Shown: in pieces, positions 60,987 to 64,000 of the stretch
How positions within the stretch are numbered: the first letter of the stretch is position 1
Layout: each line of letters begins with the position of its first letter
Assembly (NCBI GenBank): GCA_963836755.1
Contig: CAWIKF010000002.1
Location: forward strand, 1,152,001-1,216,000
DNA: 64,000 bases
Source of the DNA: an uncultured Verrucomicrobiae bacterium
GTDB taxonomy: Bacteria; Verrucomicrobiota; Verrucomicrobiia; Chthoniobacterales; Chthoniobacteraceae
Reading direction: 5' to 3'
The notes under the pieces: generated by a model
What the model was told of the DNA's origin: nothing
Seen by the model: the letters and a program-made list of their open reading frames with translations, nothing else
Databases searched by the model: none
Position numbers and translations under genes: made by a program

Positions 60987-62810
60987 GTGGAACTGAGTCT
61001 CGGCGAGCATCGGCCGCGCAATGTCGGCTGGACGCGGGCCGCGGCGCTGCTTTACGGCGACTGGGGCACGAGCAAGGCCTACGTGCTCGGGCTCGCATTC
61101 GCGGTCGCGGGATTTTCCTCGCTGCCGATCATCCTCGCAGTCTGCGGGCTCACCGGTCTCGTCGGCATCAACTACGCGGTGATCTGCCGCTATTTTCCCG
61201 ACGGCGGCGGCGTTTACTCCGCGGCGCGCTCGCAGGGCCGACTGCTCGCCGTGGTCGGCGCGCTGCTTTTGGTGGCGGATCTGACGGTGACGGCGGCGTT
61301 GAGCGGCTGGTCGGCGCTGAGTTATTTCAACATTCCGATTTTAAAGGAGCACATCGTTTTCTCCACGGTCGGCGTGCTGCTTTTCATGGGCTGGGTCAAT
61401 TGGTTCGGGCCAAAGCACAGCGGCAGTTTTGCCGTCGCGCTTTCGGTGCCGGTCGTGATCGTGGTGCTGGTGCTGATCGGGATCAGTATCCCGCATCTCA
61501 CGCTGCACAATATCGAACCGTTGCATGAAAATCTCGGCCACGTTTGGGTGCAATTTGTCGGCGTCATTCTCGCGCTCAGCGGCGTCGAGGCGATCGCGAA
61601 TTTGACCGGCGTGATGAAGCTCGATCCGGGCTCGACGAATGACGAGCCGAAGGTGGGACGCGAGGCTTCAAAGGCGATCTGGCCGGTCGCGGTGGAAGTC
61701 GTCTTCGGCACGGCGCTGCTCGGCTGGGCGATGCTTTCGATTCCAAAAAAGTTTGCGCCGGAGATGACGGGCCGCGCGGACGACATGCTCCGTTTCGTGG
61801 CGGAAAAGTTTGGCACGATGACGATTGCGCCGTGGTTTGGCCATGCGTTCGGCTGGGTCGTCGGCATCGTTTTTTTCCTGCTGCTGCTCAGTGCCGCGAA
61901 CACCGCGATCGTCGCGATGATCGGCCTGCTTTTCATGATGGCGCGCGATGGCGAAATGCCGCGGCAATTCAAAAAGCTCAACAGCCACGGCGTCCCGCTT
62001 GTGCCGCTTTGCATCGCCGTCGGGCTGCCGGTGATCGTGCTGCTCGCGTCCGCTGATTTTCAGGCGCTCGCCGGCCTTTACGCGATCGGCGTCGTCGGCG
62101 CGATCACGACCAATCTCGGCTCGTGCACTTTTAATCGCGGCATTCCATTCACGTGGCTCGACCGCGCGCTTTTTTGCGCGACGTTTGTGATTTTATTCTG
62201 CGTGGAAATCACGCTCGCGCGGACAAAACCGGATGCACTTTTCTTCGTCGTCTGCGTGCTGGGCCTCGGCCTCGCGTTGCGCGCCTGGTCGCAAAAGCGG
62301 GCGGGTTTGACAAGCGTCACCGTCACGCGCGAAGTGGCGCAGATAGTGAATCCGGAGACGATCGCGAAGCTGCAGCGCGAGCTGAAGGAAGGCGAAAAAA
62401 TCATGGTCGCCGTGCGCGGTATCACGCCGGTGCTGCGGTTCGCGCTCGAGGAGGCGCAGCTGCGCAAGGCGATGCTCTGCGTGCTCTACGTGAAGGAGGT
62501 CGCGGTTTATTTCCCGAGCGGTCCATCGGTCAGGGGCCGCGCGCGATGGCAGGACGATGATCACGCGTCCGCGATCATGAGTTTGGTGCTAAAAATCGGG
62601 CAGGAAAAAGGAGTCACGGTCGCGCCGATTTTCGCCGTGAGCGAGGATCCCGCGACTACGATCCTGGACCTCGCGGCGACGCTCGGCATCGATTACATGA
62701 TGCTCGGCGCGTCGCACCGCATCTCGATGACGAAGCTCCTGAAGGGCAACGTCGTCGAGCGCGTCGCCGCCGGTTTGCCGGAGGACATTCAGCTCATCAT
62801 TCACGGTTGA
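60987..62810 (+). CDS. APC-family permease with C-terminal universal stress protein domain
   Basis: GDWGTS..Y, DGGGVY, LALSGVEAIAN, MARDGEMP; C-terminal DPATTILD.A...ID.MMLGA...LKGNVVERV. Confidence 0.85.
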   Translation: MELSLGEHRPRNVGWTRAAALLYGDWGTSKAYVLGLAFAVAGFSSLPIILAVCGLTGLVGINYAVICRYFPDGGGVYSAARSQGRLLAVVGALLLVADLTVTAALSGWSALSYFNIPILKEHIVFSTVGVLLFMGWVNWFGPKHSGSFAVALSVPVVIVVLVLIGISIPHLTLHNIEPLHENLGHVWVQFVGVILALSGVEAIANLTGVMKLDPGSTNDEPKVGREASKAIWPVAVEVVFGTALLGWAMLSIPKKFAPEMTGRADDMLRFVAEKFGTMTIAPWFGHAFGWVVGIVFFLLLLSAANTAIVAMIGLLFMMARDGEMPRQFKKLNSHGVPLVPLCIAVGLPVIVLLASADFQALAGLYAIGVVGAITTNLGSCTFNRGIPFTWLDRALFCATFVILFCVEITLARTKPDALFFVVCVLGLGLALRAWSQKRAGLTSVTVTREVAQIVNPETIAKLQRELKEGEKIMVAVRGITPVLRFALEEAQLRKAMLCVLYVKEVAVYFPSGPSVRGRARWQDDDHASAIMSLVLKIGQEKGVTVAPIFAVSEDPATTILDLAATLGIDYMMLGASHRISMTKLLKGNVVERVAAGLPEDIQLIIHG

Positions 62811-62814
62811 ATTT

Positions 62815-63513
62815 ATGAAACTGACTTATCTCAGCCATTCGTGCGTGTTTATCGAAACGGCGACACATCGTTTGATCATCGATCCGTTTCTCACCGGCAA
62901 CGGGAAGGCGCCGATCAAGGCGGACGAGGTGAAGTGCGACTTTGTTCTCGTTACGCACGGCCATTACGATCATCTCGGCGACGCGGTGGAAATCGCGAAG
63001 CGCAACGACGCGACGATTATCTCGACGTATGAAGTCGCCGATTATCTCGCGCAGGAAAAAGTGAAGACGCATGGGATGGGCGTCGGCGGCGCGCACGATT
63101 TTCCGTTTGGCCGCGTGAAGCTGACGATTGCGTTTCATTCCGCTGGCTACGCGCCCGGTGGCGAGCTCAGCCACGGGCAGTTTATTTACCTCGGCAATCC
63201 GGCGGGAATGCTGATCACAGCTGAGGGAAAGACGGTTTACCACGCGGGCGACACGGCGCTCACGCTGGAGATGAAACTGCTCGGCGAGCTGAATAAGATC
63301 GACGTCGCGCTGCTGCCGATTGGCGACAATTTCACGATGGGCGCGGACGATGCCGCGATCGCCGCCGAGTTTTTACGGTGCGGTCTGGCGATTCCGATTC
63401 ACTACAACACGTTCGATCTCATCAACGCCGACGCGCACGCCTTTGTCGAAAAAGTCGAGGCTCGCGGCCAGTGCGCACAAGCCGTCGCGATCGGCGCGAC
63501 GTTGGAAATTTGA
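62815..63513 (+). CDS. metallo-beta-lactamase-fold hydrolase (UPF0173-like)
   Basis: IIDPFLTGN, THGHYDH, YHAGDT, LPIGDNFTMG, IPIHYNTF. Confidence 0.88.
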   Translation: MKLTYLSHSCVFIETATHRLIIDPFLTGNGKAPIKADEVKCDFVLVTHGHYDHLGDAVEIAKRNDATIISTYEVADYLAQEKVKTHGMGVGGAHDFPFGRVKLTIAFHSAGYAPGGELSHGQFIYLGNPAGMLITAEGKTVYHAGDTALTLEMKLLGELNKIDVALLPIGDNFTMGADDAAIAAEFLRCGLAIPIHYNTFDLINADAHAFVEKVEARGQCAQAVAIGATLEI

Positions 63514-63540
63514 CGGCGTAACTTTTTCCGAATCCGCCAC

Positions 63541-63936
63541 TCATTGGAACCAAAGCCGCCGCGCTTGGTTCGTGAGATGCTTGATGTCCGGCGAATAAGC
63601 CAGCGCGCAGACAATCGCGGCATGCCCGATCGCCGACATCGCCAGAATGAAGGCCGTGGTGTAATGCAGGTCGCCCTCCTGGATTTTCGCGGTCGCGGTG
63701 ATTGCCAAGCCGACCGAGCTCGCGCCGAGCGCGAGGATTAAAAAATAGCGCGCCCAGTTGCGCTGAAACCAAATACCGATGAGCAGCACGGTCGTCCAAA
63801 GAACCGACGCGAGCAGCAACGCCATCCATGCTGAGCGGCTCGCGGCAGTGGCGTAGTAAAGCCCGAACTCGATTGCGCGCAAAGCCACGAAAATTCCGAT
63901 CACCCAGATTCTTCCACGACGAATGCTTGCCTCCAT
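63541..63936 (-). CDS. hypothetical four-TM membrane protein
   Basis: 131-aa hydrophobic ORF with QRNWAR loop. Confidence 0.6.
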   Translation of the reverse strand: MEASIRRGRIWVIGIFVALRAIEFGLYYATAASRSAWMALLLASVLWTTVLLIGIWFQRNWARYFLILALGASSVGLAITATAKIQEGDLHYTTAFILAMSAIGHAAIVCALAYSPDIKHLTNQARRLWFQ

Positions 63937-64000
63937 TCGCTTGTAATAGTCAGCGCCACGTTTGCGCTGCGGGGAGAGTTTGCGTGAATTTGATTCCGCC

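Overview
GC-rich bacterial chromosomal window. Gene content suggests Verrucomicrobiota (PVC superphylum); this is an inference from a PVC-type CxxCH heme protein, a long Chlamydia-like GreA, a short AtpH and the futalosine menaquinone route. Most of it is housekeeping: lysA, aspS, holA, mqnE-mqnA, eno, greA, gmhA, fabZ-like, rfbB-rfbD, the complete atpBEFHAGDC operon, rplU-rpmA, trmL, gltX, parB, efp, tRNA-Leu(GAG) and tRNA-Arg(ACG). Accessory modules are a ThuA/heme-propeller/MFS/azurin cluster, three GT-C-like membrane glycosyltransferases with a GT2 polyprenol-P-sugar synthase, GH43-, GH79- and GH28-like hydrolases, and a Tat-exported PaoABC-type molybdoenzyme with xdhC and mocA. No integrase, transposase, phage gene or CRISPR array was found. 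Most notable: (1) ten 21-bp units with a palindromic core (CCGTCGCGACGG) directly upstream of an uncharacterised 233-aa gene, next to the efp promoter; (2) two perfect TTGTGAA-N4-TTCACAA (Rex-type) operators, before mqnEA and before the atp operon; (3) one ORF fusing an LMW phosphatase, RpiB and SHMT; (4) a candidate ~70-nt sRNA with its own promoter and terminator between holA and aspS; (5) an EF-P with Asn at the normally modified loop tip. All calls come from reading the sequence; no searches were run.
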